Shown here piece after piece: positions 10,085 through 22,500 of a stretch of 64,000 nucleotides of DNA (within the stretch, counting starts at the first letter, position 1; the number at the start of each line of letters is the position of its first letter). The translations under genes and the position numbers were made by a program. A model generated the notes under the pieces. The model was not told the origin of the DNA, searched no databases, and saw nothing but the letters and a program-made list of their open reading frames with translations. The stretch lies in the IMG/VR virus record IMGVR_UViG_3300032083_002615, positions 5,452 to 69,451 of that record. One strand, written 5' to 3'. This DNA is from a virus.

Positions 10085-11719
10085 ATGACACCAGAACAAA
10101 GACTAGAATTATTATTAGATAGAATAGCTGAAGCATTAATAGAAAGTCAATATGTTGATTCGAATGATGTTGCAGATGCACAAAAATTTATTCTTAATGG
10201 TCAACTTCAACAAGGTGGTGGTGTTGGAGTTTTAACACTTTTCCAAAAAGATATTAAGGCTAATGAAAATGATTTACAAATAACAACGACTGACCAAAAT
10301 GGTGAACCAATACCTACAATACAAAACATAGCCAATAATATAGATTTTGATACTTTAGAAATTATAATTGGAAATGGCCCTACAATTAACATTAGTGATG
10401 GGGGAACATATGTTGGAGGTTTACCAATTACAGAATATTTATTTGGTGAAAACAATCCTTTAAACGTAAGTCAATTCATCACATTAGAACAATCATCATC
10501 AATTGTAGATGTTGAACGTGCTAATGAATACTTAGATACAAATATATTTGAACTACTTCCAACTGGTGATACAAGACAAGCTAGAATCATTAGATTCTTT
10601 CAAGAGTTAAATGCATTATTACCACCAACAATTGAAACAGAACAATGGGATACAGATAACGATGGAAATGTTGATAGACTTATTGATGGAACTTGGAGTG
10701 GTGCTGAACAATATAGTCAAGACAATAGTATTTCATATGCACAAGATAATCCTGATGAATCCAATATCGGTGAAGAAGATGCGTTTATTCATAGGTTAAA
10801 AGATACAGCGAATGATACCAATTCATCAAGAACCATTGAAGATATTTACAATACAGTTAGACCTTATTTAAGAGATATATTGGAAGATACACCGGGATTG
10901 GAAGGATTACCAGAATATGAAAATCAATCAAGTGGTTATTTAAAATTTAGAAATTTAAATCAAGGTATTATTGTTCGTAATACAAATCAAGAATTTGTTC
11001 AAGGATTAGACCCAAGTAATCCAACTTACCTTGATACAGGTTTTACTATTACAATGTGGGTTAGATTTTTAGACAAGGTTTCAACTGGTACTTTGTTTAA
11101 CTTTGGAAATCCAACACGAAATCAAAATCCATTTGGATTTAAATTAGAAACCTATATATTGAATAAAAATGATGATTATGCATCTGAAAGCCAAACACGG
11201 ACTTGGGGTGAAGTCATAGAAGAAGGAACATTTCAAGTAGGACCTGGTTACGATGAAAGAATATTCAAAGATTCAGACACTGCTAGATTCGTTAGATTAC
11301 AAGTTAGAGAGTCCGGTGATACAACACCAACAGATGATGATGTGGGATTAAGAGATTCCCATGTTGGGTTGGGTGGTGATTTAACATTTGATGGTAATGT
11401 AATTGGAAATGCTAGGAAGTCATACAATGTAGGTGATTTCGATGACTATGGAACTGATGAATTAAGACTTTTACAATCAACCTACATACCTGAAGATTTT
11501 AATGAATGGTATTTCATATGTGCTAGTTATGACCCAACGATACTTGAAGATGAATCAATTTCGTTAGGTGACCCTTATAAATATACTCCTGATTTTTGGT
11601 TAAATCATATTGACCCAACCACAGATAATTATGTAGCTAATTCAGGATATGGAAATAAATGTAAAGTAGAAATAATTTCACGAAGTGATTTATTAAGAGC
11701 TCGTGGTTTTAACACATAG
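10085..11719 (+). CDS. Virion protein with a concanavalin A/LamG-like domain
   Basis: GFTITMWVRFLDK..GTLFNFG and NEWYFICASYD. Confidence 0.6.
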   Translation: MTPEQRLELLLDRIAEALIESQYVDSNDVADAQKFILNGQLQQGGGVGVLTLFQKDIKANENDLQITTTDQNGEPIPTIQNIANNIDFDTLEIIIGNGPTINISDGGTYVGGLPITEYLFGENNPLNVSQFITLEQSSSIVDVERANEYLDTNIFELLPTGDTRQARIIRFFQELNALLPPTIETEQWDTDNDGNVDRLIDGTWSGAEQYSQDNSISYAQDNPDESNIGEEDAFIHRLKDTANDTNSSRTIEDIYNTVRPYLRDILEDTPGLEGLPEYENQSSGYLKFRNLNQGIIVRNTNQEFVQGLDPSNPTYLDTGFTITMWVRFLDKVSTGTLFNFGNPTRNQNPFGFKLETYILNKNDDYASESQTRTWGEVIEEGTFQVGPGYDERIFKDSDTARFVRLQVRESGDTTPTDDDVGLRDSHVGLGGDLTFDGNVIGNARKSYNVGDFDDYGTDELRLLQSTYIPEDFNEWYFICASYDPTILEDESISLGDPYKYTPDFWLNHIDPTTDNYVANSGYGNKCKVEIISRSDLLRARGFNT

Positions 11720-11730
11720 GGGTTTTCATA

Positions 11731-14700
11731 ATGGCAAATGAAAATAAACAAGGGCTCCTTATAACAACAAATACTAATAGAAGAACTGGCTTCGGACAAG
11801 TAAATCCAGATGTTGATGATGATTTAACACCTGCACCAATGCCAAGACCAAGACACCACAATTCTGATGGACACCATCATCATGAACATAGTCATGATGA
11901 CGATGTATTATCAGGAGAAGAACAAGATACTGTTGATGATGGTCCAGGTCCAGGTGATTTAATAGAGCTCTATAACTTCCAATCAGAAAATTTTATTACA
12001 AATACAATATTTGTAACGGACACAGATTCAGACGCAGGTTCTCCTCAAATATTATCATTAAAAGATTTAGGAGTTGATGATGATAGTAGTTATGAAACCG
12101 CTACATCTATTGCTTCACTTTTAAACACCTATCCAACTGAAGGTGATAATTCAATTTTACGATTAGCCATAGAACCAATATTTGATGGTGAAGAACTTCT
12201 TGTAGGACCTTATACACTTCCACGAGTATTAGAGTTAAGGCCTGAACTTATACCAAGTGATAATACAAATGCTGACCATTTAATGAGTTTACCATTTCCA
12301 CAATTCGTTGAAGAATTTGATATTAATGAAGATGGTAGTGTGAGTAATACCGATGGTATTAGTTGGCATGCTGTTGGAAGACCTGACATAAATGTATTTG
12401 TTACAGCTTATGTACTTGGTGGTACACAAGCTATTATCACATTACAAAACTATGAAAATAATACAGGTTACACTTTTACAACAGAACAATACACTCAAGT
12501 GGAAACACAAACCATACCATCAGTAAATGGTAACGATGATTTATTAAATCCATTTTCTTATTATTACAACGTCAGTAGTGGAAGATACTTTTTTGAAATC
12601 CAAATACAAAATATAGGATTTGAAATTGGTGTAAACACAGACTCTAGTTTTCCAAATACAAGATTTAAACTTATTGGTCCTCAAGTAGAATATCAAGATA
12701 TTCAATTTGACCCTATTGAAGAAGATGAAGATATAATTGAAGAAGATGAAGATATAATAGAAGAAGACATTACATTAATTGATAATTCATCTGAAGATGA
12801 GGAAATATCTGATGAATTTGGATTAGGTGATGATTATGATAATGTTATTGAACAAACCTTGTATCGTTCATTTGACCCATTCAGTGCATTAGATGTAAAC
12901 AGTGCTTTGTTTCAAAATGATGAGTTTACAGACACAAGATTGTCACAGATAAATACAGATAAAAGAATTTCATTAGGAATGTTTTCATTTGATGATGAAA
13001 ATACATTACAAGATAATTTTCCAGATGTAATAAGAAATACTAAGTTTAGACAAGTTATTAAACAAAATTTAGTTCCAAATCCAAGAGGACAAAGTTTTAA
13101 AAGTGTTTATAAAAATAAATCAAGTGATACACAATCATTATCATTAGGTAATGACCAAAGAGAAAGATTTTTCATACCCGAAGGTGGTTGGGGATATTGT
13201 ACTTATGATGCAGTAGGACCTGATTTTAGAAAAAGAAACATTGACTTATATGAGGGAGGAACAGACCAATTTTATGATTATATTGAAAACGAACCAAATG
13301 GACAAGCACTCATAGATTCATTTGAACAATCTGAAAATGGAGGACTTAATGATTCAGGTGAAACAACAATAGACCCTCAAAATGTAATTGGTTATGCAGG
13401 TTATTATCCATATTTTTTTGATTATAAAACAGGTAGAAATCAATCAAATTCACTTATAAGATTACAATCTAATTTAATATCAGGTTCTTTTTTCGCAGAA
13501 GGTGAAGTAGATGGTGAGTATAATTTATGTAATAAACTTTTTATGTTAAATCAAATTGATAGTTTCGGAATAGCAAATGAGTATGGTGCACCAAGTGACT
13601 CAGTATCAACTCATGAATCGAGATTAACATGTTATAAATGTAGAGCGATTGGGAGACAAGAACCATCTGATTATGACGTTGAACAAAGTATCCCAGACAT
13701 TTATTTTCCTAACTTTGCTAGATGGGTAATAACAGATGAAGCTTATTCATTCAATAGATGTTTAGAGTTTTTAGCAACTAATTATGTTAATGGTATGTGT
13801 GACTTCAATGATAATGGTACTCGTGATACAGAAATTGAAGCGGATTTCTCTTGGATGAGTGATTATAACATGAATACTAATAATGGTGGACAATTAAACA
13901 ATCAATACAGGTCATTAAATCAAGTTATTAAAATTTACAATCCATATCAAGATACAGTGATAAATCCATTCACTGTAATGGAAGTTAAATTTAAAATGAA
14001 AACATTAGATTTTTTCTATGATGCAAACAATCCACCAATGGTTGAAATAGCTATTGTAGATTCTGATGGTTATGTAGGAGCTCCTGACAGAATTGAAGAC
14101 ACAGTTAATGGTGATAATGAAGACGCATATTCAAGAAGACATGGGTATTGGCCACATGGTGATTTTAATTCCACAAGATATAGTGATGACTTGAATACTG
14201 AAAATACACTTGATACAAAATATTCTAACTTTGGTTCAATGGGTAGATTTAAAAATACAGAAGTGAATGTATGGGAAACATTTAGTTATAAATTCACACT
14301 GGCTCATGTTTTTCGTTATGGTAGTGGAATCATTAGACCATTGTATTTAATCGTTCAAGCTGGTAATGATTTTATTGGTAGAGTTTTATTAGATGAATTT
14401 GAAGTTTATGATTCAGGTGATTTCATTCCTGAGGTTGATGTAAGAAAAAAAATATCTGTTGGTAATTATGGAACGGCAGATTTAACAAAATACTATGATA
14501 AAGAATTACAACCAGAGGAATATAAAGATTCACAAGGTCCATTGGAAGCACAATTTTATTTCTATCCAATGTATCCAACTGATGAAATATTTGATGTAAA
14601 AAGAACACCTGTGTATCAAGACTTTAAAAAAGGATTGTTTTACATTTATGATGTGGATTGGGGTGATGGTTCAAAAAATGAATTTACAAGAGAACCTGTT

Positions 14701-16170
14701 CAAATAGATGAAGAAACTGCATTGTATCACACTTATGAATCCAGTGGTGTGTTTGAAATCACAGGTACTATGTTGAGAATCAAGTTAGACAATCGTGGTA
14801 GAGAGGTTGGGGTTCTAAAAAATAAAAAGTTTAAATTAAGAATAAATATAAATGAGGGAACAGCTGAAGACTTTAAATATTTTGGTAGTGATGGTTTTTC
14901 ATTCATACCTTTTAAAAACACTTTACCAATCATAGGTGGAATTTCAAAACAATCAATTTATTATAAATCATTAAAAAGATTTAACGGATTTATAGATGAT
15001 GAACAAACAAATATTGGATTTAAAAGTAAAGGTGATAAATTAAAAACTCAAATAGCATTTGATAGAATGGATTCAAGTTTTAGTTCAAACTTTAATTTAT
15101 TGAATGAATATAAAAAACCAAGATTTGATTTAGTTTATGACGAAAACAATAATCCGATTGATTCAATTGACATATATAATGGTATACAAACAAATTCAGA
15201 AGAATTAGGAAAAAGTATTGGTGATTGTGATTTAACCAATGTAAAGTATTACAATGAACCAAAATCAATTTGGGAATTGTTTGGATTTGAAGAAGACGAT
15301 TTGGAACAGATTGGAACACCTAATAATCCAAGATATTGGAAAAATATTATTCCTGAAGATTATTCTATTTATAAAAGACAAGGTATTAATTTTTCTCCTC
15401 CAACACAATTAAAAGAATTTTATGAATTAGATGAAGTTTTATCACCAGAATATTTTTCAGGCCTGACAATGGGTTGGTTAGTTTGTGCACAAGATGATGA
15501 AAATTGTCAAAACAAATATGTAAATGGTGCTGAAGCATATGCTTTTCAGGAGCTCCAGTACGATACTCCTGAATGGGAGTGTTCTGGTGATACTGGACCA
15601 CCACATTATGATTGTGATAACATAAATAAAATATATCCTAATATAAATTACAATCTTATGACATTTGTATCAGGTACAGTTGAGTTTTGTCACCCATTAC
15701 TTGGATGTACAGGATTTAATAAAGGTGAGGGAATTATGTTAGAAGGACCAATGAATTATGACCAATTTGATTTCAACGTAATTTATACCGGACCATTTAT
15801 GAGTTTTAATCTTTCCACTTTAGTTGTGAATACTTACTCTGAACAAGAGTGGTTAAATGGTTCATATTATCCTGTGTTACCAAGATATGGTCAAGATGGT
15901 AATTTTATTGAAGGTGATTTTCCTAATGATAATATACCATTTCCAATACAAGGACAAATCACAGATGAGAATGAAACTAATCAAAATTTAATAATTAACA
16001 TTACACGAGAACAAATTGAACCAAATACATTTAGTGACAATAGTGGAAATCAAAATTTAGGATTTGGTATAGTGGATTACAAACCTGAATTTGATAATGA
16101 AACTTTACAACCTAAGAAAAAAAGAAGTATAGATTTAATAAAAAGTTCAACCAATAATGGAGCGTTTTAA
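11731..16170 (+). CDS. Large acidic virion protein (His-rich N-terminus, EF-hand/dockerin-like loop, PKD-like DWGDG module)
   Basis: HHNSDGHHHHEHSH; FDINEDGSVSNTD; YDVDWGDG...HTYESSGVFEI; C-terminal half paralogous to the next gene. Confidence 0.6.
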   Translation: MANENKQGLLITTNTNRRTGFGQVNPDVDDDLTPAPMPRPRHHNSDGHHHHEHSHDDDVLSGEEQDTVDDGPGPGDLIELYNFQSENFITNTIFVTDTDSDAGSPQILSLKDLGVDDDSSYETATSIASLLNTYPTEGDNSILRLAIEPIFDGEELLVGPYTLPRVLELRPELIPSDNTNADHLMSLPFPQFVEEFDINEDGSVSNTDGISWHAVGRPDINVFVTAYVLGGTQAIITLQNYENNTGYTFTTEQYTQVETQTIPSVNGNDDLLNPFSYYYNVSSGRYFFEIQIQNIGFEIGVNTDSSFPNTRFKLIGPQVEYQDIQFDPIEEDEDIIEEDEDIIEEDITLIDNSSEDEEISDEFGLGDDYDNVIEQTLYRSFDPFSALDVNSALFQNDEFTDTRLSQINTDKRISLGMFSFDDENTLQDNFPDVIRNTKFRQVIKQNLVPNPRGQSFKSVYKNKSSDTQSLSLGNDQRERFFIPEGGWGYCTYDAVGPDFRKRNIDLYEGGTDQFYDYIENEPNGQALIDSFEQSENGGLNDSGETTIDPQNVIGYAGYYPYFFDYKTGRNQSNSLIRLQSNLISGSFFAEGEVDGEYNLCNKLFMLNQIDSFGIANEYGAPSDSVSTHESRLTCYKCRAIGRQEPSDYDVEQSIPDIYFPNFARWVITDEAYSFNRCLEFLATNYVNGMCDFNDNGTRDTEIEADFSWMSDYNMNTNNGGQLNNQYRSLNQVIKIYNPYQDTVINPFTVMEVKFKMKTLDFFYDANNPPMVEIAIVDSDGYVGAPDRIEDTVNGDNEDAYSRRHGYWPHGDFNSTRYSDDLNTENTLDTKYSNFGSMGRFKNTEVNVWETFSYKFTLAHVFRYGSGIIRPLYLIVQAGNDFIGRVLLDEFEVYDSGDFIPEVDVRKKISVGNYGTADLTKYYDKELQPEEYKDSQGPLEAQFYFYPMYPTDEIFDVKRTPVYQDFKKGLFYIYDVDWGDGSKNEFTREPVQIDEETALYHTYESSGVFEITGTMLRIKLDNRGREVGVLKNKKFKLRININEGTAEDFKYFGSDGFSFIPFKNTLPIIGGISKQSIYYKSLKRFNGFIDDEQTNIGFKSKGDKLKTQIAFDRMDSSFSSNFNLLNEYKKPRFDLVYDENNNPIDSIDIYNGIQTNSEELGKSIGDCDLTNVKYYNEPKSIWELFGFEEDDLEQIGTPNNPRYWKNIIPEDYSIYKRQGINFSPPTQLKEFYELDEVLSPEYFSGLTMGWLVCAQDDENCQNKYVNGAEAYAFQELQYDTPEWECSGDTGPPHYDCDNINKIYPNINYNLMTFVSGTVEFCHPLLGCTGFNKGEGIMLEGPMNYDQFDFNVIYTGPFMSFNLSTLVVNTYSEQEWLNGSYYPVLPRYGQDGNFIEGDFPNDNIPFPIQGQITDENETNQNLIINITREQIEPNTFSDNSGNQNLGFGIVDYKPEFDNETLQPKKKRSIDLIKSSTNNGAF
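12715..12770 (+). repeat. 21-nt tandem repeat encoding IEEDEDI
   Basis: attgaagaagatgaagatata x2 plus a degenerate third copy. Confidence 0.85.
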
Positions 16171-19100
16171 TGGCTGTTAAAAAACTAATACAAGGCCAAC
16201 CAAAGCTAAATGATTTAAGTCAGTATAATTTTGAGAATCAAGATGATAACTATAAAGAATCACTTGGTTTACCTAAAAACAATGATAAGTTTCAAAACAA
16301 AGACTTGTATACAAAAGCTGTGGGGAGTGAATTAAATAATGCTATCATTGAAAGAAATTTAAAAGTCGAGGGTGAAAGTTTTATTAAAATTAATAGATTA
16401 TTTATTGGAAACGATAATGTTGTTGGTGCAACAGCCAACAACAGAGTAAGATGTTATATGCTTTCACAAAATTATGAAAATTTAGATAATAAATCATATT
16501 CACAAATTAAAAATGTGCTTTCAAGAGAAATATTTGATGCTGATGATAATCAAATATCTGATGTGGCAGACAGATTTTTTAATGATAATCCAGGTGATAG
16601 AGGGGAAGGAAGTGATATTGGAAATGTTCTTAATAATCAAATAATTATACAAAGTTTAAAAAGTGATAGTATTGAGATTGAAGAATTTGAAAACAATACA
16701 CCAGAATATAATGCAAATGTAATGTTGCCATTAAGAGAAACTGATGCTGGAATAATAGATAATTTAAACACATCAATAATAGATGAAAACATATATAATC
16801 CAATTTACATTGTGGTTTATATGGAGGGTAATAAACGATTAGACAATATGTCTGATGCTCAAAGAAAAAAAAGATTCACTGTTTTTAAAATAAATAATTT
16901 GGATTTATTTAATCGTGGTAATGATGGTATAGCGACTGGACCAAAATTAACAACATTTACAAAAGATGATTTATCACATTACAGTCGTACAGGTGATGGT
17001 GATGGTGGTTCAACTGATGCAGCTGCTTGGAGGGTTGAAGAGTTTTCAATAACAATCAGTACTAGACTTGGTGGAGTGAATAATTGGGATGGTACTATGG
17101 ATGAATTATCATCTGATGAAAAATTATATGCAACATATTTTCCAGACGTTCAACCATCAATTAACGTCATTCCAGTTGATTTAAATAAATTTGGTTTATT
17201 GAATTTATCACAAAATATGCAATTAAATAATAATGGTAATCCAGGAGAAAATTATACTGATTTATTTCCAGATTATTTTCCACAAACAACAATAAAGGTT
17301 TTGAATGAAAATAATGAAATGCAAGATGAAGACTTACAGAGTTATTATGATGATAATGAAACTCTATCCATTAAAGCATCAGCTCCTGCAACAATTGCTG
17401 TAGATTTAAATCCAATTGATTTAGTAAATGAAGAATCTATTGGAATCAACTACTTTTATTTTGTAATTGATTGGGATGATGCAACTGATGAAATAAAAAC
17501 TTTAGATGATTGGAATGAAATCAGACCAACTGATGAATTTGAATTATTGGAATTACAAAATCAAAATTTATATAAATTAAAAACTAATGTTGAATCTGTT
17601 GATGATTATACGATTCAATATCAAATAATTTTTCCAATAGAAAAAATAATACCTCAACCACAAACTGATAGTTTTATTGATAATGATGGTGATTATTATA
17701 CTGCTGTTCAGCACTCAAACACAGGAGAAAACAGATTACCATATGTAGGTTTTCCAATCGATATATCAGGTACGTTAGATAATAACGGACAGTATAATTT
17801 GGCTAATCCACCATATACAACATCACCACCACCAAATCCACAAAATGTACTTTTGAAGGGAACATTAAATGCCCAAGAAGAGCCTGGTGGAATAGCGACA
17901 TCACTACGCGAACAAACTTTTAATTCAAATGTTACTTTTGATAACACAATTCCAATGAATACCTATACTACACCAGGAATTAAAACCATTAAAATGGTTA
18001 TGTTTAGTTATGATGGGGAAACTAATCAAGTGGGAAGATGGAAACTCATTACTTCAAGATTTTATTTAGATATACCGATTAATCAATATCCTGATTTTGC
18101 AGAAGTGGGTGGAAGTGATTATACCACAATTCCTTGGCCTTATACAACACCTGTGATTGGTGGTGTGGATAATAATTCAAAATACAAAAAAAGTGTTCAA
18201 GAAGCATTAAGTAGTGGTAATATTGGTGATGCGGATATTATTGATGAAAAGTTTTTAATCAATGATTTGGAAAATGATGAATTGGGTAAATCAATAAATG
18301 AAATGGATTTAGAACAATGTAGGTATTTTGATGCACCATATGATATGAATACATTGTTGTTAATACCTACAAGTGGTGTATCGGGTTGGGATGATTATGA
18401 ATTGGCTAAAGAAACTGATTTATTTGTTATCAATCAAATTGAAGGTACATCTACACAATATTATGGTATTAATTCATATAATTTAGAAGACATTAAAGGC
18501 CGTTGGACTGAGGCTGATTATCAACTTATATTTGATGGAATTAATGAATACACAATGTATAATGGATATGGTTTTGGTGATGGAGCTTTAAGTGATTCAA
18601 ATACATTCATGGATAGATTGTTGAAAAACGAAGTTATATTTGATGGTAATGTTGCAACTCCACACATTTTACCATATAAAACATATGGACCGAGTTTAGA
18701 TATGGAGGCTTATACCTCTGAAGAGATGGTGTTAGAATTTTTTAAAAACGAAAACTTCACACCAACTTTAGATGAATTAGAACCAGGAAATGATACCACC
18801 GTATTGTTTATGAAATCAAGAACTAATGGAACAGCTGGTTATTATCAAGGTTTTGGGTATTTTGGTCAAGTGGCTGAAGTTTTAATGTCAACTTTTCAAT
18901 CTGGTCCTGAAGTCTATGAAGAAGCAGCACCAATGATTAATAATAGCACTGTTGAATGGATACAATTACGAAATAACAGTAATCAAGATATTCAATTCTC
19001 ACATCCTAATTTTCCTCTATTGTTTTATTATTACATAGATGAAGAATTATTTGAACAAAATGGTGAATATAGATTGGATGAATTACAAATGGGAGAAAGT

Positions 19101-19562
19101 ATCCCATGTCCAGTTGGAAAATGGGTATTCATAGTTGTGCCTGACAAACTTTATACAATTGATTTAATTAATGAAATACAATTTTTAAATGAAAGTATTT
19201 CAGTTCAAGAGTTTTTCCAACTCCCATTACCATTGGAAGAAACAATTCCACATCCTTATACGGAAAAAGATTTTTGGGTTGCAAATCCTGAATTGCCAGG
19301 AACATTTTTTCCAAAGGAAAGTTCAGTCGGACAGATATTTATAAGTGACAATCAGGACTTGGATTTAAAACAAAGTTGTAAATTAGAATTAAATACAGGT
19401 GAATTAACTGGTAAATCCATTTATGATTCAAGTGGTAATTCCAACAAAGGATTGTTAATTGGTGATTATAAAGTTAAAAAAGTTAGAAAAGGTGAACCGA
19501 TGAGAAGAGATTCATTTATAAAAATACCAAAAAAGGCAAACAACAATAATGGAGCACTGTAA
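16170..19562 (+). CDS. Large virion protein, paralogue of 11731..16170
   Basis: Shared blocks P(I/V)IGG...S.Y.KS, ELGKSI...DL....Y, DSSGN.N.G..I.DYK, and terminal NNGA(F/L). Confidence 0.6.
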   Translation: MAVKKLIQGQPKLNDLSQYNFENQDDNYKESLGLPKNNDKFQNKDLYTKAVGSELNNAIIERNLKVEGESFIKINRLFIGNDNVVGATANNRVRCYMLSQNYENLDNKSYSQIKNVLSREIFDADDNQISDVADRFFNDNPGDRGEGSDIGNVLNNQIIIQSLKSDSIEIEEFENNTPEYNANVMLPLRETDAGIIDNLNTSIIDENIYNPIYIVVYMEGNKRLDNMSDAQRKKRFTVFKINNLDLFNRGNDGIATGPKLTTFTKDDLSHYSRTGDGDGGSTDAAAWRVEEFSITISTRLGGVNNWDGTMDELSSDEKLYATYFPDVQPSINVIPVDLNKFGLLNLSQNMQLNNNGNPGENYTDLFPDYFPQTTIKVLNENNEMQDEDLQSYYDDNETLSIKASAPATIAVDLNPIDLVNEESIGINYFYFVIDWDDATDEIKTLDDWNEIRPTDEFELLELQNQNLYKLKTNVESVDDYTIQYQIIFPIEKIIPQPQTDSFIDNDGDYYTAVQHSNTGENRLPYVGFPIDISGTLDNNGQYNLANPPYTTSPPPNPQNVLLKGTLNAQEEPGGIATSLREQTFNSNVTFDNTIPMNTYTTPGIKTIKMVMFSYDGETNQVGRWKLITSRFYLDIPINQYPDFAEVGGSDYTTIPWPYTTPVIGGVDNNSKYKKSVQEALSSGNIGDADIIDEKFLINDLENDELGKSINEMDLEQCRYFDAPYDMNTLLLIPTSGVSGWDDYELAKETDLFVINQIEGTSTQYYGINSYNLEDIKGRWTEADYQLIFDGINEYTMYNGYGFGDGALSDSNTFMDRLLKNEVIFDGNVATPHILPYKTYGPSLDMEAYTSEEMVLEFFKNENFTPTLDELEPGNDTTVLFMKSRTNGTAGYYQGFGYFGQVAEVLMSTFQSGPEVYEEAAPMINNSTVEWIQLRNNSNQDIQFSHPNFPLLFYYYIDEELFEQNGEYRLDELQMGESIPCPVGKWVFIVVPDKLYTIDLINEIQFLNESISVQEFFQLPLPLEETIPHPYTEKDFWVANPELPGTFFPKESSVGQIFISDNQDLDLKQSCKLELNTGELTGKSIYDSSGNSNKGLLIGDYKVKKVRKGEPMRRDSFIKIPKKANNNNGAL

Positions 19563-22500
19563 TGCCAGAATTTGAATTTGAATTTAATCAACAGGATAGA
19601 GAATTAGTTGTTAGTCAAGATGCTGGGACATTTGATGGAACGGATTATATTCGTTTAATTGTTTATCCAACCGAAGCTATTAACAACATTGTTGATTTAC
19701 CAGATGATACAAAAGGTATTGATGGTAAAGCTATATTCTTTTCTACCTTAGCTACAGTACATGAGATAAATATATCACCATTCACAGATTCTACTGGTGC
19801 AATAGAACTTAAACAAATTGGTACTGCTTTAGAAAATGATTTTAAAATATATAAAAATGATACCACAAATAATTACTACATAAAACCAAATGAAATATTT
19901 AACGAATTTGAACTACCTCAAGGTGATTATAGAATCCAAATTGATTTTTTAAATCAAATACAAGTAAGTAACGCATTTGTAATTAAACAAGTTTCAACTT
20001 CAAGAAAAGAAGTTAGACTTAAAATATTAGATAAATATCTTACAAATGATAATATTTTCCCTTTTCAAAATTTACTTTCTCCTGATGGTGTCTATCAATT
20101 TAAACATTTCCTAAACATTGGAACTGGTGACCACATTCCAATAATGAATTATGCATTTGATAAATTTACAGATGGTCAAGATAATCAATCCATTATATTA
20201 AAGCTTTATGATGCATTACCAACAAATATTGGTAATTTAAAAATGGTTACAATTGAAGAAGAAGTTTTAACAACACAAATTCAAGACATATTTTATTTTT
20301 CCGATGTACCTGATGTTTTCTTTGGTGATGGATTAATTCCACAACCACAAGAAGATTGGATAAATCCTGATGGTAATGATGTGGAGTTTCAAAACTATGA
20401 TGAATTAAGTGGTTCATTGGATGACATTGTGTTGGATAGTTTAATTTCAGAATCTCAATACAATTATCCAAATCTTAATACGGATTTTAGTGAATTTGAA
20501 AATCATACATTCTTTGGTTCTGCTAAAAAGAAATTAGAAAATTTTAAAACAAAAGTAGAAACCATTCAAGGATATTATTCCGAAATATCAAGTTCATTAA
20601 AAATATCATCTTCAATTGAAGGTGATTCATCATATATTGTTCAAACAAGAAAAAATTTATTTAAAAAAATAAATGATGAAATAAAAACATTTACACCTTA
20701 TGAAAGATTTTTATACTATGATGGACAAAGTGAAACAACTGCTTCTGCTCCTGGATTGGGTAAAAATTATGCTAGTTCAATTCCTGTAAATCAAAGAGAT
20801 GATGATAATTTTGAACAATTAAATGGACATGATGGTTTTAATGTTGTTTATAAACATTCAGACAATAGTTCTGATAAAAACTTTTTATTTAAAAAAAATT
20901 ATTTAGTACACAATAAACCATTTTTTAATTACAGTGGTTCAATTTATTTATCATTTATATTAAAAGGTACTGATGATGTTGTAATAAACACTCAAAACGT
21001 ACAAAAGTTTTCTAATCCAAATGATGGTGGTTCTAATGGATTTGGGTATCCTTTACCCCATGATACAAAATATATAAACAATATTTCCAAACCTGCAATG
21101 TCAGGTAGTGAATATCAAAGGTATGTTTTACAAACATCACATTCTTACTTTGTACCAAATACCACAAATAATGATATGGTGGATTTAAGTTTTGATGATG
21201 GTGATTTTAATGTTGGTTCATCAAAAATTACAATTTTAAATGAAACACCAAAAACAGGTTCATCTCAAATAGCTGACTCGACTGGTAATTATCCAATGAC
21301 AGTCATAACAGAATCTGGTGTTTTCTTTAAAGGTTCAGTAATGCCCGCAGGTGAATTATTTAGAGTAAATTATTCCGTAACAGATTCAGAAGTAACTCAA
21401 TCATTTATTACAGATGTTAAAGTAACATTGAATGACCCAAGTGATGTATTACCATTTGATAATATTTATCACACAAGTTCAACAGAGTGGACTAATTGGT
21501 ACAATGGAATGATTGACTCAGCTTCAACTTTTGATACTGATAACATTCATTCATTTGAAAACAATCTACCTCTTTATATTCAAGACAGTTCTGAATACAA
21601 TGATATGAAAGACTTTTTGAATCTACAAGGTGAACAATATGATTTAATTAGAAACCATATTGATTCAATGGGAACAATTCATAAAAGAGGATATAAGAAA
21701 ACCGATTCACCACCAACCAACACATTACCAATGTTATTATCCAATATGGGTTGGCAAGCTATTAATCCATTTACAGGTAGTTTAACTGATACATTAGGTA
21801 GTTATTTAAGTAGTGTGACTACAATTGATGATATTAAAAACAACACTTGGAGAAAAACTCTAAACAATTTATTATATATTTATAAATCAAAAGGAACAAA
21901 AAATTCAGTAAGAGCATTATTAAATACATATGGTTATCCACCTGATGTATTGGAGTTTCAAGAGTTTGGTGGTTCAACTGAAGAATCAAACCCAAGAGTT
22001 TTCTTAAATACAGCACCAAGTGGTAGTGGTGTTGATTTATCTTTAAGTAGACAAAGTGGAAGTTTTTCATTTACAACGAAAAAAGAAAGACTTTACAGAT
22101 ATATTTTTAATGGAAAACAAGACAGAGTTTTAAATCTTGATTGGTATATGGATAGTGCTGATATTAATTCACTTGAATTTATTTACAAACATGTCAACAC
22201 AACACAAACACAAACTATTTTAGAATCAAGTGGAAGTGGTAATGAAACACTTTGGGATTTAAGATTAGTTCCAAGCACTGATGGAATTAGCTCATCCTTT
22301 GAATTTAGATTAAGTACAGCTAATAGTGGTTCTAATATAGGAAATGATTTAGGAAAAAGTTCAATTTCAATGTCCACATCTTATGAAAAAATTACTAATG
22401 GACAACTTTGGAATGTTATGTTACAAAGAATGACATCAAGTGTTAGTGGTAGTGGAACTAATGAATACAGATTACACGCTGCATTACAAGATGGTAATAC

